From the human T2T-CHM13v2.0 reference genome, Homo sapiens, in assembly GCF_009914755.1 (NCBI RefSeq), contig NC_060925.1: a DNA stretch of 64,000 nt; one strand, given 5' to 3'. Shown here in pieces: positions 1-24,062 of this stretch. Below the pieces are notes generated by a model. It was not told where the DNA came from. It did no database searches and saw nothing but the letters and a program-made list of their open reading frames with translations. The stretch's first letter is position 1. Every line of letters starts with the position of its first letter. The position numbers and the translations under genes are program-made.

Positions 1-2
1 TG

Positions 3-936
<934 letters not shown>

Positions 937-1192
937 CAGGCATACCTCAGAGATATTACGGGTTTGGTTCCAGATCACCGCAACAAAGCACACATTGCAC
1001 TTTATAATAAGTCACATGATTTTTTTGGTTTCCCAGTGCACGTAAAAGTTACACTGTAGTCTATTAAGTGTATAATAGCATTATGCCTTAAAAAAAAGTA
1101 TATACCTTCATTTAAAAACACTTTATTGCAATCGGGCATGGTGGCTCACACCTGTAATCCCAGCACTTTGGGAGGCCAAGGTGGGTGGATCA

Positions 1193-1448
<256 letters not shown>

Positions 1449-1508
1449 TCATCTGAGCCTTCAGTGAGTGGTATTCTTTTTGCTGGCAGAGTCTTGCCTC
1501 GATGTTGA

Positions 1509-1755
<247 letters not shown>

Positions 1756-1811
1756 TGAACTCCTGACCTCAGGTGATCCGCCCACCTCAGCCTCCCAAAG
1801 TGCTGGGATTA

Positions 1812-2069
<258 letters not shown>

Positions 2070-2481
2070 TTAAAAAATTAGCTACTCATGGTGGCACTTG
2101 CCTGTGGTCCCAGTTACTTGAGAGGCTAAGGGTGGGAGGATCCCTTCAGCTCAAGAGGTCAAAGCTGCAGTGAGCTGTGATTGCACCACTGCACTCCAGC
2201 CCGGGTGACAGAGTGGGAGCCTATCTCAAATAAAAAAAAAAAAAAAGATTTCTCTGTAGCATGCAATGTTTGATAGCATTTTACCCACAGTAGAACTTAC
2301 TTTTTTTTTTTTTTGAGACAGAGTCTCACTCTGTCAGCCAGGCTGGAGTACAGTGGCATGATCTCGGCTCACTGCAACCTCCGTCTCCCGAGTTCAAGTG
2401 ATTCCCCTGGCTCAGCCTCCTGAGTAGCTGGGACTACAGGTGTGCACCACCACACCAGGCTAATTTTTTGTATTTTAGTAG

Positions 2482-2887
<406 letters not shown>

Positions 2888-2923
2888 TTATCAACTAAGT
2901 TTATGGAATATTCTAAATCCTTT

Positions 2924-4566
2924 TGTTATGGGATCTTTGGGGTATCCCTTTTCTGGCCAGAAACCTCTGTGTCTTGTGGCACCTTTGCCTAAGTTTTGCT
3001 GGGGCCCACTGGGCTTATTCCACCCACTCAGCCTGGCAGGCTGCGCTTGGCTCATGCTACCAGCCTGGAGCTCCCATGCCTGCCAAGGACAAGCCTGGTG
3101 TGGAGCAGCGAGCAGTGTGTGAGTGAGCATGGAGTACGGCCACTGCACAGTCAGACATGCCAGCTGCTGCTGCAGGGCAGGCAGCTCCAGATGCTGGCAC
3201 AGGTGCTGGTTCTCTGCAAGGCTGCACCTGGACCAAGCGCACCTCAAGCAGCTTGCCTGGTTGGCACACGGGAATGCTGTGGTGCCTGGAAGCTTGGTGA
3301 CGCCAGGAACTGCAGGGCCCCAAAGAGGGAGTCACAACCCTGACTCAGGGAGCTCCCAGGTCTGGACTCCCCAAAGGGCCACAGCTCTTCTTTCCTTCCC
3401 TTCACTGGCAACGTGGCAAGAAGGGGCATGTTTCAGCCCTGTTTGTGTTACAGTTCTTTCAGCCTCACCATTTGGCAGGTCCCGAGTTCTTGCCCTGTGA
3501 CCAGGAAGAATGAGGTACGCAGAAAAATGGAGAGTGAGCAAGACAAAGAGGAGCTTTATTGAGTCACAGCCAGGTCATCCCAGTGAGTGTTCAGCTCTCA
3601 GCAGAGAGGGTAGCTCTTCTTTGCAGCTGGTCATCCTGTCATCTTTCTGTCCTCTGCTCTAGTCTGGCTGAGTCCGGGGTTTTTATGGGCCTCAGAGTGG
3701 AGGAAGTGTGTGTTGACTGGTCCATGGGTGGGCCAGCAAAAAGCACCACAAGCTTCCCCTCTGGTCCTCGGGACTGGCCAGCCAACCCCCAGGCTTCAGG
3801 CCCTCCCCAGTTTGAAGGTGAGGCTTCACTGGGGACCAGACCCCTTCTACCCAGGAGCCTGTCTGTCTCTCGCCACTGTTCATGGCATCCAGGCTGTTTG
3901 TGCCAGCCTATCCTCAGCCCCCACTTGGCCTCCCTCCCATGCCTGTTGGTGCCCAAAGTCTGAAGGGCACCATCAGCAGGGTGGGTGCGGTGGCTGCACC
4001 GCAGTCCAGGTCCCCAAAGTGAATGCCGCTCCCACTTCCCGCCCCAGGGCCCTGAAGCATAACCCAAGCTCTGCATCCCAGGCCCAGCCCCCACACTCCA
4101 TATGCAGGTGCAGCATCACCCCAGGCCCAGCTCCACCTTGGGGCCCCTCTCTGCCCGCACCTCCATGCCCAATCATGCTGCTTCCCCACCAGCAGGCAAC
4201 TCAGCCTGGCCCCGTTGTGGTGGCTCCCAGGGCAGTGGGCTCTGGGAGACTCCCAGGGGTAGACTCCAGGGACTGACTATTTCCTCTGCACACCCCTCCC
4301 CACAGTGAGAGCGGGTAAGAGCTCTGACACTGAGCCAGGGTCTGGAGCGGCAAGGCTCCAGGCCTGGGAGCAGGTCCTGCCTGGCTGTGCAAGGATGGGG
4401 GCGGTGCAGTCAGCTGCCCGGGGAATGCAGGGCACAGGGGACCCACTGCTGCCACTGCTGCTGCCACTGCTGCTCCCACAGCTGCTCCTGCCACCACTGC
4501 TTGCACCACCCCACTGCACCTGGCGTGAGGGCAGGGGTTGCTCCAGATGGCCCACCATTGCCATTA
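2924..4566 (-). mobile_element. MER52-family solo LTR (ERV1) inserted in Tigger1
   Basis: Minus strand begins TAATGGCAATGGTGGGCCATCTGGAGC and ends GATCCCATAACA, resembling MER52 termini; 4-bp TSD CTTT at 2920-2923 and 4567-4570; ~1.64 kb, GC-rich. Confidence 0.8.
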
Positions 4567-4787
4567 CTTTCTTGTCATTTCAGCAATGTTCATGGCATCT
4601 TCCCCAAGACTACATTCCATCTTAAGAAACCACTTTCTTTTTTTTTCTTTTTTGCTCTGTTGCCCAGGCTGGAGTGCAATGGCACAATCTTGGCTCACTG
4701 CAACCTCTCCACTTCCTAGGTTAAAGCAATTCTTGTGACTCAGCCTCCTGAGTAGCTGGGATTACACACACATGCCACCACATCTAG

Positions 4788-4943
<156 letters not shown>

Positions 4944-4954
4944 TAGAATAGTGA

Positions 4955-5433
<479 letters not shown>

Positions 5434-5597
5434 TAGTCTCAAACTCCTGAACAAAGGCAATCCACCTGCCTCAGCCTCCCAAAGTGTTAGGATTACAGGC
5501 CCAAAATGCATTTCTTAAACAATACAACTTGAAAGTCAAGATTACTCCTTGATCCATAGGTTGCAGAATGGATGTTGAGTTAATAGGTGCTATTATC

Positions 5598-6011
5598 CAC
5601 TATGGTTTGGATATGAGGATCCCTAACCTCATGTTGAAATTCAATCCCAATGTTGGAGGCAGGACCTAATAGGAAGTGTTTGGGTCACAGGATGGATCCC
5701 TCTGGAAGGGCATGGTGCCATCCTCGTGGTCATGAGTGAGTTCTCACTTTATTAGCCTCTGGGAGAACTAATAGTTAAAAGGAGCCTGGCACCTCCCTTC
5801 TCTCTCACTTCTCTGGCCATGTGACCTGCACACACCAGCTTCCCTTCCCCTTCTGCTGTAAGTAGAAGTGGCCTGAGTCCCTCGCCAGAAGAAGATGCTG
5901 GTGCCATGCTTCCTGTACAGCTTGCAGAACCATGAGCCAAATAAAGCTCTTTCCTTCATAAATTACCCAGCTTCGGGCATTCCTTTACAGCCACACAAAT
6001 GGACTAAAGCC
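5598..6011 (+). mobile_element. MST (ERVL-MaLR) solo LTR inserted in Tigger1
   Basis: CTATGGTTTGGATA..CTCATGTTGAAAT..CCCAATGTTGGAGG start; AATAAA..ATAAATTACCCAG..AAATGGACTAA end typical of MSTA/B. Boundaries approximate. Confidence 0.8.
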
Positions 6012-6096
6012 AGCAGGCACGAAAACAAAATTAATCTCCTTGTGCATCTCCATCAGAGCTCTTGGTTTATCAGGTCTATTGTCAATGAGCAGTGTT

Positions 6097-6575
<479 letters not shown>

Positions 6576-7360
6576 TGAGTAGCTGGGATTATAGGCGCCT
6601 GCCACTGCGCCTGGCTAATTTTTATATTTTTAGTAGAGACAGGGTTTCGCCATCTTGGCCAGGCTGGTCTTGAACTCCTGACCTCGTGATCCACTTGCCT
6701 CAGCCTCCCAAAGTGCTGGGATTACAGGCGTGAGCCACCGCACCCGGCCTGATCAGTATTATTTTGAAAGAAATCTTTTTTCTGAGCAGTAGGTCTCAAC
6801 GGCAGGCTTAAAAATATTCAGAAAACTATGCTATAAACAGATGTGCTGACATCCAGGATTTGTTGTTCCATTTATAGAACACAGGCAGAGTAAATTTAGC
6901 ATAATTCATAAGGGCCCTAGGATTTTCAGAATAGTAAATGAGCATTGGCTTCAACTTAAAGTCACCAGCTGTATAAGCCCCTAACAAGAGAGTCAGCCTG
7001 TCCTTTTTTTTTTTTTTGAGACAGAATCTCACTCTGTCACCCAGGCTGGAGTGCTGTGGCAGGTGCAATCTTGGCTCACTGCAACCTCTACTTCCTGGGC
7101 TCAAGCGATTCTCCTGCCTCAGCCTCCTGAGTAGCTGGGACTACAGGCAAGTGCCACCACACTCAGCTAATTTTTGTATTTTTAGTAGAGACAGGGTTTT
7201 GCCATGTTGGCCAGGCTGGTCTCAAACTCCTGACCTCAAGTGATCCACCCGCCTCAGCCTCCCAAAGTGCTGGGATTACAGCGTGAGTCACCAGACCTAG
7301 CCTGTCCTTGGAAGCCAGGCATTGACTTTTCCTCCCTAGCTATGAAAGTCCTAGATGTTA

Positions 7361-8005
<645 letters not shown>

Positions 8006-8356
8006 TTATCAGCAAGAAGGCTGTTTTGCTTTCTTATCATTCATGTGTTCACTGGAGCAGCACTTGTAATTTCCTTCGAAGGACTTTTCCTTTGCATTCA
8101 CAACTTGGCTAACTGTTTGGCACACGAGGCCTAGCTTTCAGCCTATCTCAGCTTTCAACATGCCTTCCTAAGTTTAATCATGTCTAACTTTTGGCTTTTT
8201 TTTTTTTTTTTTTGAGAGTCTCGCTCTGTCGCCCAGGTTGGAGTGCAGTGGCACGATCTTGACTCACTGCAACCTCCACCTCTGGGTTCAAGAGGTTCTT
8301 CTGCCTCATCCTCTGAGTAGCTGAGACTACAGGCGTATGTCAACACACCTGGCTAG

Positions 8357-8509
<153 letters not shown>

Positions 8510-8838
8510 TGAGAGATGTGTGACTCTCTCCTTCACTGGAACACTAGAGGTAGGGTATTAATTGGTCTAATTTCAAAATTGTTGTGTCTCAGGGAATGAG
8601 GGAGCTCACGAAAAGGGAGAGAGATGGGGAAATAGCCGGTCAGTGGGGCAGTCAGAACACATACAACATTTATCAATTTCATTTGCTGTCTTACATGGAC
8701 GTGGTTCGTGATGTCTCAAAACAATTACACTAGTAACACCAAAAATTACTGGTCATAGATCACCATAACAAAAATGATAACGAAAAAGTTTGAAATATTG
8801 CAAGAATTACCAAAATATGATATAGACACACTACATGA

Positions 8839-9054
<216 letters not shown>

Positions 9055-9201
9055 TAATTTTTTATATTTTTAGTAGAGATGGGGTTTCGCCATGTTGGCC
9101 AGGCTGGTCTCGAACTCCTGACCTCAGGTGATCCGCCTGCCTCGGCCTCCCAAAGTGCTGAGATTACAGGCCTGAGCCACCACGCCTGCCCCAAACTTTC
9201 A

Positions 9202-9565
<364 letters not shown>

Positions 9566-11358
9566 CTAGGTCAAAACTGATCAAACTGAATACTTTCCAT
9601 ATGTGCAGTTATAGAAATTATTCCTGTATAACTCTGTTTAAATAAGTATCTCTTTCACCTCCCACCTCTGCCTTTTAGAGAATTAAATATCCATGGCAAA
9701 TGCATTGGGCTTGTTTCTACTTGAGGCACTTACTCTGGGCAAGTTTCCTGGAATTCTGCCAATTTCTGCAAGGGAAGGTGGCAGCAGGTGCGATGAAGTC
9801 ACCTGAGGACAGAGGCCTGGTCCCCATGCTGGCAGCTGCGCCCACGTCCCTCAGCCCAAACAGAGGCGGGAGGGAGGTGGCCAAATGGCCCTGGGAGCTC
9901 CAGTTAGGGAGTCACTAAGACTAAGAGCCCTGCCCAGCCAGGCACTGGTTAAAGCCCTCCCACAGGCCCATGGGGACTGAAGGCATGTCCCTCAGTGGGC
10001 AGACCAGCAGGCCCTAAGTACTTCCAGAGTATGGGGCCAGTGGGTCAGTACGGCCACCCTGAGTCTCACTCTCCAAATGTCAAGGAGGATGCCCTGAACA
10101 CACAGGCTTGGGGCCTGTGGGGAGAAGCTGAGCTCCACAGCGTGGGGGCCAAGGACTCTGCCTTGCCCAACATCCTGGAGATCAAGCACCACAACCTGCC
10201 ACGCACCACCTGCAGGCCACATGGTGGATGAGGGGCAGGTGGAAATGGCCAAGGAGGTGAGGTCTGCACTCTACTGGGGTCCCTGCCCCACCTGCCACAC
10301 ACCCCTAGGTCACTGCGCCTGGAGGGCCTCAGTGTCTTCACCTGTAAATGGAGGGTAAACTGCCAAGCTGAGAGTTCTCCGTGGCTGGGACACCCTACAC
10401 TATTCCACAGACTCCCCGTCTAACCTAGGACAAACCCCGGCATCAGTGAGCCCCTAGGTCTCGGCCAGTTGAAGGGAACAACCACGTCAAGAGTCAGAGG
10501 AGAAAAACCAAGTTTGGCATCTGCTGAAAACGATGGCTTCCCCTGTTCATCCTGATCAGTTACATGGCTGAAGTTCCCACTTTATTGATTTAAAGATTTC
10601 AGCTCTGAGAAAGACACTGTTAAGATAATGGAGACAGGCCGGGCGCGGTGGCTCACACCTGTAATCCCAGCACTTTGGGAGGCCGAGGCGGGCGGATCAC
10701 AAGATCAGGAGATAGAGACCATCCTGGCTAACACTGTGAAGCCCCGTCTCTACTAAAAATACAAAAAATTAGCCGGGCGTGGTGGCGGGCGCCTGTAGGA
10801 GGCTGAGGCAGGAGAATGGCGGGAACCCAGGAGGCGGAGCTTGCAGTGAGCCAAGATCGCGCCACTGCACTCCAGCCTGGGCGACAGAGCGAGACTCCTC
10901 TCAAAAAAAAAAAAAAAAAGATAATGGAGACAAGCCACAGACTGAGGAAAATGTTTACAAAACATATATCCGATAAACAACTTGTATCTAAAATATACAA
11001 AGAAATCTTAAAACTCAACAATAAGAGGCCAGGCGCGGTGACTCATGCCTATAATCCCAGCACTTTGGGAGGTAGACGCGGGCGGATCACTTGAGGCCAG
11101 GAGTTAGAGACCAGTCTGGCCAACGTAGAGAAACCCCAAAAATTAGCTGGGTGTGGTGGCACATGCCTGCAATCCCTGCTTGGAGATTAATTCCAGCCCT
11201 TTGGGAGGCTAAGCCAGAAGGATCGCTTGAACCCAGGAGTTCAAGATCAGCTTGGGCAACATAGGGAGACCCTGTCTCTACAAAAAAACTTTTTAGGCCG
11301 GGCGCAGTGGCTCACGCCTGTAATCCCAGCACTTTGGGAGGCCAAGGCGGGTGGATCA

Positions 11359-11604
<246 letters not shown>

Positions 11605-12177
11605 TTAGCCAGGTGCTGGGCGCAGTGGCTCACGCCTGTAATCCCAGCATTTTGGGAGGCCAAGGCAGGCGGATCACTTGAGTTCAGAAGTTCGAGACCA
11701 GCCTGGCCAACATGGTGAAACCCTGTCTCTATTAAAAGTACAAAAATTAGCCATGCGTGGTGGCAGGCGCCTTTAATCCCAGGTACTCAGGAGGCTGAGG
11801 CAGGAGAATCACTTGAACCTGGGAGTCAGGAGGTTGCAGTGAGCTGAGATGGCGCCAGTGCACTCCAGCCTGAGGAAAAACAGCAAGAAACTTGGTCTAA
11901 AACAAAAACAAACCAACAAAAAAATTAGCCAGGCACAGTAGGGTGCACCTGTAGTCAAGGCTACTAGGGAGGCTGAGGTAGGAAGATCACCTGAGCCCAG
12001 GAGGTTGAAGCTACAGTGAGCCGTGATTGTACCACCGCTTTCCAGCCTCGGTGACAGAGCAAGACTCTTTAAAAATAAGGTGGGAGGGGCCAGGCGCGGT
12101 GGCTCATGCATGTAATCCCAGCACTTTGGGAGGCTGAGGCGGGTGGATCACGAGGTCAGGAGATCGAGACCAGCCTA

Positions 12178-12387
<210 letters not shown>

Positions 12388-12878
12388 TTAGCTGGGCGTG
12401 GTGGTGGGCACCTGTAGTCCCAGCTACTCGGGAGGCTGAGGCAGGAGAATGGCGTGAACCTGGGAGGCAGAGCGAACATGGCGACAGAGTGAGACTCTGT
12501 CTAAAAAATAAAAAATAAAAATAAATAATAATAAGGTGGGAGGGTGGCGGCAGAGGGCCAAAGACCCGAACAGATGCCTGATATAAGAGGATATACAGAC
12601 AGCAAATACGCACATGAAAAGATGCTCAACACCTTATGTCATTTGGAAACTGCAAATTAAAACAACACTGAGACACCACTACATGCCTGTCAGAATGGCC
12701 TAAACCCAAAGTACTGACAACATCAAATGCTGGTGAGGATGTGGAGCACAGGAGCCCTCATTCACTGTTGGTGAGAATGCAAAATGGCACAGCCACTTTG
12801 GAAGACAGTTTGGCAGTTTTGTACAAAGCTAAATGTACTCTTCAATTAAATCAATCCTATATTCCATTAAAGACATTA

Positions 12879-13013
<135 letters not shown>

Positions 13014-13523
13014 TTAAATAATAAAAAAATACATTATGTAAAAACTTAGTAGGTACATGGAAGCAATTAAATGCAAAATCAAGTAAAAATTCAAGCTGGA
13101 TATGGGTGAATTAAGAATCTTAGTAGAATCTTAATAGGTGTCAGATAACATGGGTCAATTCAGCAACTTCAGGCTGGTTTATGAGTGTCACCACTTCTAA
13201 GAGCCTGGCTTTTATAAGGTACAAGACAAGGTGAGATTTGCCTGTCATTAAAGGAAGCACAGAGTATCAATCATGCAGGATGTAGTTTCCTGAGACACCA
13301 AAGTGTAGTATCAAAAGCAATTCCATTGTAAAAGCTGAGTTCTAAATACAAGCGACACCTGAGTGAACACAGCAACAAAACAGCAAAGAAACACACAAAC
13401 ATCAAAGTTTGGCACTTACTGTAAACAATGGCCAGGTGCGGTGGCTCACGCCTGTAATCCCAGCACTTTGGTAAGCCTAGGCGGACGGATCACAAGGTCA
13501 GGAGATCAAGACAATCCTGGCTA

Positions 13524-13901
<378 letters not shown>

Positions 13902-14207
13902 CTATGATCAGCATGCCCTCTGCTGGTGGCCGGGGTGCTCCTCGATAGCGCCAGACTGCGGCAGATGGTCCAGTCCCCCAGTGATACATTTTACAGCAAA
14001 GCACACAGACCACGGGCCTTCCCAGGTCCCAGCCAACAAGTCCCATGGGGGCAGGTACCGTTGGGCCTTCTCCCAGTCCCGGGCTCATGGGCACACAGCC
14101 AGCAAGAGGAATGCTCTGGCCCTCCTGAATCAGGGACTTGGTTTCCTTTACTCTCCCAAGGCTCAGAGAAGCTCCCAGCCTCACACAGCTCAGCTGCCAG
14201 CCCCTGA

Positions 14208-14771
<564 letters not shown>

Positions 14772-14999
14772 TGATCCGCCCACCTCGGTCTCCCAAAGAG
14801 CTGGGATTACAGGCGTGAGCCACTGCGCTCAGCCTGCTCAAGGGCTTTCTGTTTCTGTCCTCCAGGTCAGAGATAAATGACCCTCAGGTATAAGAGTTCA
14901 AAGAAAGGATGCAGCGGCTGTCTTTGGCCTCCACTTGCCAGCTGTGACGGCAAGCAAGTAGCTCCACCTCTAATGCCTGCTCCCCAGCCTATAAAGAGG

Positions 15000-17490
<2,491 letters not shown>

Positions 17491-17843
17491 ATGAGCCGGG
17501 CGCGGTGGCTCACGCCTGTAATCCCAGCACTTTGGGAGGCCGAGGCAGGTGGATCATGAGGTCAGGAGATCGAGACCATCCTGGCTAACACGGTGAAACC
17601 CCATCTCTACTAAAAATACAAAAAAAAAATTAGCTGGGCGTGATGGTGGGCGCCTGTAGTCCCAGCTACTCAGGAGGCTGAGGCAGGAGAATGGCATGAA
17701 CCCGGGAGGCGGAGCTTGCAGTGAGCCAAGATTGCGCCACTGCACTCCAGCCTGGGCGAAAGTGCAAGACTTGGCCGGGCGCGGTGGCTCACGCGTGTAA
17801 TCCCAACACTTTGGGAGGCCGAGGCAGGCGGATCACGAGGTCA

Positions 17844-18092
<249 letters not shown>

Positions 18093-18505
18093 TTAAAATG
18101 AGCCTGGGAAACATAGTGAGACGTAGTGGGTGACAGAGCAAGAAAATATGGCTACAAATACGTATATGGTAGCCAGGCGCTGTGACTCACACCTGTAATC
18201 CCAGCACTTTAGGAGGCAGACGGAGATGGGCAGATCCCTTGAGCTCAGGAGTTTGGGACCAGCCTGGCCAACATGGCGAAATCCTGTCTCTACAAAAACT
18301 ACAAAAATTACCCAGGTATGGTAGCACATGCCTGTGGTCCCAGCTACTCGGGTGGCTGAGGCAGGAGGATCACTTGAGGTAGAGGCTCAGTGACCGAGAC
18401 TGCACCACCACATGCGCCCCAGAAGACAGAGTAACACCCTGTCTCAATTTAAAAAACAAAACAAAACCTGCCATCTTAACCATATACATATACACATATC
18501 ATTAA

Positions 18506-19033
<528 letters not shown>

Positions 19034-19349
19034 TAGCCAGGATGGTCTCGATCTCCTGACCTCGTGATCCATCCGCCTCAGCCTCCCAAAGTTCTGGGAT
19101 TACAGGCGTGAGTCACCGCGCCCGGCCTGATGGCAGATTTTTTTAACGGTAAATTATATATTATGTGTATTTTAACACAGTTTTTTTTTTTTTGAGAGAC
19201 AAGAGTCTTGATCTGTTGTCCAGGCTGGATTGCAGTGGTGCAATAAGCTCACTACAGCCTCAACTTCCTGGGTTCAAGCAATCTTCCTGCCTCAATCTCC
19301 TGAGTGGTTGAGACTACAGGCACACCCCACCTACCCTGCATCTGGCTAA

Positions 19350-19550
<201 letters not shown>

Positions 19551-19739
19551 TAGCTAGAATGGTCTCGATCCCCTGACCTCGTGATCCGCCCGCCTCGGCC
19601 TCCCAAAGTGCTGGGATTACAGGTGTGAGCCACCACGCCCAGCCAACATCTGGCTAATTTTTTAATCTTTAATAGAGATCAGATCTTGCTATGTTGCCCA
19701 GGCTGACAACTTTTTTGAATTGGAAAATTTTCTTAATTA

Positions 19740-20150
19740 AAAAATTTTATCTGAGAAGGGACTTGCATCTAGAATATATAAAGAGCTCTCATCACTCAAC
19801 AACAAAAAGACAATTACACCAATTGGAAAATACAGGAAAGACCTGACTAGACAGCTCTCTAAAAATACACAGTGGTCAATAAGCACATGAGAAGATGCTC
19901 AGTATCATCTTCTCTCATTAGGGAAATGTAGATCAAAGCCACAGTGAGATACCACTGCACATCTACTAGCATGGCTAGAATTCAAAAGATGGATAATAAC
20001 AAGTGCTGACAAGGATATGGGGAAATTGAATCCTTTTTACACTGCTGGTGGGAATGTGAAATGGTGCAGCCACTTTGGAAACAGTCTGGTAATTCCTCAA
20101 GAGAATAACCACAAAATTACCATATGACCCAAAAATTATATTCCTAGGCG
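19740..20150 (+). mobile_element. Old L1M fragment (end of ORF2)
   Basis: AATAAGCACATGAGAAGATGCTCA..ATTAGGGAAATG..GCTGGTGGGAATGTGAAATGGTGCAGCCACTTTGGAAACAGT. Confidence 0.8.
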
Positions 20151-20152
20151 AG

Positions 20153-20470
20153 CTGTTTTTACTCATGCTTTTAATAACAAACATGGGTGTCTCTTTCAAC
20201 CCCACTTCTCCAACTCTCCGACACTAGGTGGGTGTCCTACAATTCAAGTAAAGTCTGGCACTACCTTCTGCGGTATAGGAAGGTAAGGTTGAAAGCGCTA
20301 ACCCGCTAATCCTCCCTTGGCCTTTCTGGAGACCAGCTCCCATCCTGAAGCTATATCTAGGGCCCCCAGCCACCAGTTCTCTCATTAGCATACTAGACAC
20401 TCTTAGGACTACAAAGGTCCCAAGGGCTTGGGGAGCTCCATGTCAGGAGAACAAAAAATCCTCCTACCAC
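20153..20470. mobile_element. MER21-like LTR fragment
   Basis: GGGTGTCCTACAATTCAA and CCATCCTGAAGCTAT..CTCATTAGCATA motifs resemble MER21 as recalled. Confidence 0.5.
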
Positions 20471-21134
20471 CCCTTTCAAAATTGATGGAGGTCATGATCC
20501 CACAGCTCTGTGAACATAAAACTGAAATCTACTAGCTTGTACACATTAGTGAATGAATTGTATGGCATGTGAACTATAACCCAATAAAGCTGGCACAAAG
20601 GGGGAGGTATGTATGCCCACTCAACAGAGTTTCTGTAAAGTTTAGGAGAAATAAAGTATGCAAAAGCCATCTGTAAGCAGCTCAACACTGCACTGTTAGG
20701 ATCAGCCAATCGTGCAGGAACAGCTCCCTCTGGCCCTGCACCAACCTTCTGGTCTAAAATCACAGCTCAACATCCAGCCTAGGGACAAAGCAGGGCACGG
20801 ATGCCAGCTGCCAGCTGTGAGCCAGCACAGCTGCTGGCTTGCAGGAGCCTTGATCTGCAGAGGCCCAGATTCCCACAGCCCAGGGTTGCCAGGTCACCTC
20901 CTCCAACAAAGCCCGGGTGTTCCGCTCGTCCCTAGGGGAAGAACATGCCAGGTCTCCACTGAGGGTGGCCACTTAAGTGGGCACTTTCAATCCAGCAAAA
21001 CACACAGCTCATCCAACACCCGACCCTACTACCCTCCCCAAAACTCCTCCAAGTTATGCGGCCCAAGGCCCTGGCTGCCCAGTCGGCGTCGCAAGTGAGA
21101 CACCATGGGCACAAAATATTCCCAGTCATCCTAC

Positions 21135-21307
21135 CTTCCAGTAATGCAGGCTCCACAGGGTGGGAGATCAGCCCTGGGCCCAACCACCTGGACGGGAGCG
21201 CAGCACCCTCGCCGGGGCCCCACACATCCCTGGCCAGCCACCAGCCTCCTGGAAGATGCCTGCCTCCCAAACTCACAGAGCCGGAGAGCCCTGGCAAGCA
21301 GCTTCAT
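21135..21307 (-). CDS. ACOT7: ACOT7 (cytosolic acyl-CoA thioesterase 7 / brain acyl-CoA hydrolase) alternative first coding exon, mitochondrial-presequence isoform
   Basis: ATG at 21307 gives MKLLARALRLCEFGRQASSRRLVAGQGCVGPRRGCCAPVQVVGPRADLPPCGACITG(R), the recognised ACOT7 long N-terminus. 173 nt = 57 codons + 2, donor AG|GTAGGA at 21134. Downstream exons lie left of the window. Confidence 0.93.
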
Positions 21308-22123
21308 CCTGCGGTAAGTGGGCAAACTGTTTACCCAGTGACAAGTATGATGCCCAGCAGAGCCCAAGCCTGTGTCTGCCTGGCCGGCTCAGCAGTGAGC
21401 CGGTGTGATCCCTCCCTGATAGAAAGCACCAGGCTCCTGCTCCTCCTAGGACCGCCCCTCCCCCACCAGCCCCCGGCAAGCCGCCTCCTCGGCTTCCGGA
21501 ACTGGATCACAGGATGTTCTCTACAAAAGACCAGTGATGCAAGGAATCCATGACTCGGCCTGAACTCACAGACAGGGAAACAGGACAGGGCCACCACCCC
21601 TCTGCGGGAGAGGATGAACTGGGTGGGGCCACAAGCAACACTCATAAGGGTTCCCACCTCCAGGACCTTAAACCTCGCACCACTCAGGCTGGCCCTCAGG
21701 CAAGTAGAAGAATGAGTTCCACCTGGGCGGAGTTCCACCTGGGCAGAGAGGTCTTGGCTCACAGGCACCGGGAGAGCTGGAAGGCTGCGGGGAAGCCGAG
21801 GAAGGCCAACACACCGCACAACACGGCAGGTGCCTGGCCCTCCTCTGACAGTGGCCCTCAAGCTCCAGGAGGGCCGAGGAAAATGCAGATTCCTGGGCCT
21901 ACCCCTCCCTGACCTTCCCCGCCCCTGGAGTTAGAGGCAGTAGCTCTGGGGTGGAGGCTCAGGAGCCTGGTTTTCTTTTTATTCTTCATTGTGGTAAACA
22001 TCAAATGCTTACAAGAGTAGAGGGAGGAGGGAGTGAACCCCTATGTCCCCATCAAGCAGCCCCAAAACAGTCAGCTCAGGGCACCTCTGGTCTCTGCTCC
22101 CACCTGCTCCCCATGCCAGGTTA

Positions 22124-22469
<346 letters not shown>

Positions 22470-23600
22470 TTAGTTGCCTGGCCAACTAAGCGAGACCCTG
22501 TCTCAAATAAAAATAAAAACCACAAAACAAAGATCTCATCTAAAATATCATCCAAATTCCTAATATCATTAAATAGCAAGTGACTTCACGTTTCTGTCCT
22601 AAATGAATTGAAATCTGCATTTGTGAACTTCATTCACAAGATCCCAAGTCTCTGTGGCCTGGTGAAGAGAAACTGCAGTGTGCAGGGAACAGGGTAATAC
22701 AGGGCTACGGGGACACAGGAGCGAGGCCCAGCACTGAGCTCGATCCGGTTCCATCGACACGAAATTCTAGAAGAGGCACAGCGAGTGAGTGAAAGCAGAT
22801 CTTTTTGCCAGGGGCCAACAGTAGGGGAATTTTGGGAGTTTGGAAATATTCGACATCACAACTGGGCCCGCCACTACTCAGTGTGCACACTCATCAAAAC
22901 TCAGCAAACTGTACGTTTCAAATATTCTTGTGTATGCATTCTAAATCTATCTCAATAAAGCTGGTTTAAAAAAGCAAACTACAAAACAATTATCCTACCT
23001 TAAAAAAAAAAGCAGTGATTCCTTAAAATCATTATCAAGGGACTATTCAAGTTTCCCCATTATCTCCTCAATCTTCATCTTGTTGACTCTCTGCTGAAGT
23101 ACTGTTCACATGCAGAAAACCCATATTTGTAACAGACTTCCCCAGTTATTCCCATGCAGGGGTCCAAGGATGGGGAGGCACATCCTTGATCCCCCTCCCC
23201 AGGAGGGCTCTGAGAGTGAGAGGCCAAGGGGTGGGATGGCAAGACAGCCTATGGGGTCACCCCCTGGTGCAGGCTACACAGGCCAGGTGGGTCACACAGG
23301 AGAAAGCCACTTCTGGTCTGACCAGAACTGGGGAGCCAGCTAGCTGCAGGTGCCAATTCCAGGGCAATGCCAGGCTAAGTGGCCCACTTACAGCGTGAGG
23401 TTGGACAGTGGGTAGACAAAGGCCTCCCCACGCACAGGCTCTCTGGGTTACAAAGACTGCATCTTCACCCAGGGTCCACACATCCCAGCAGCAAGAGAGC
23501 CAGCACTGTAAATCATTTTGCGGAATGCTCCAGAATACAAGCTCTGAGTGTGGCTTCTGTAAATCAGGTTCTTTGTTTTTTTTTTTTTCTTTTTTTTTGA

Positions 23601-23930
<330 letters not shown>

Positions 23931-23957
23931 TAGTAGAGATGGGGTTTCACTGTGTTA

Positions 23958-24062
<105 letters not shown>

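Noticed and set aside
4445-4500. CTGCTGCCA repeats suggesting a poly-Ala/Leu coding tract
   Set aside because: Lies inside the MER52 LTR, with no splice or ORF support.
21308-21367. N-terminal extension of the mitochondrial ACOT7 exon shown in the ORF track
   Set aside because: Starts at TTG; the recognised protein begins at ATG 21307.
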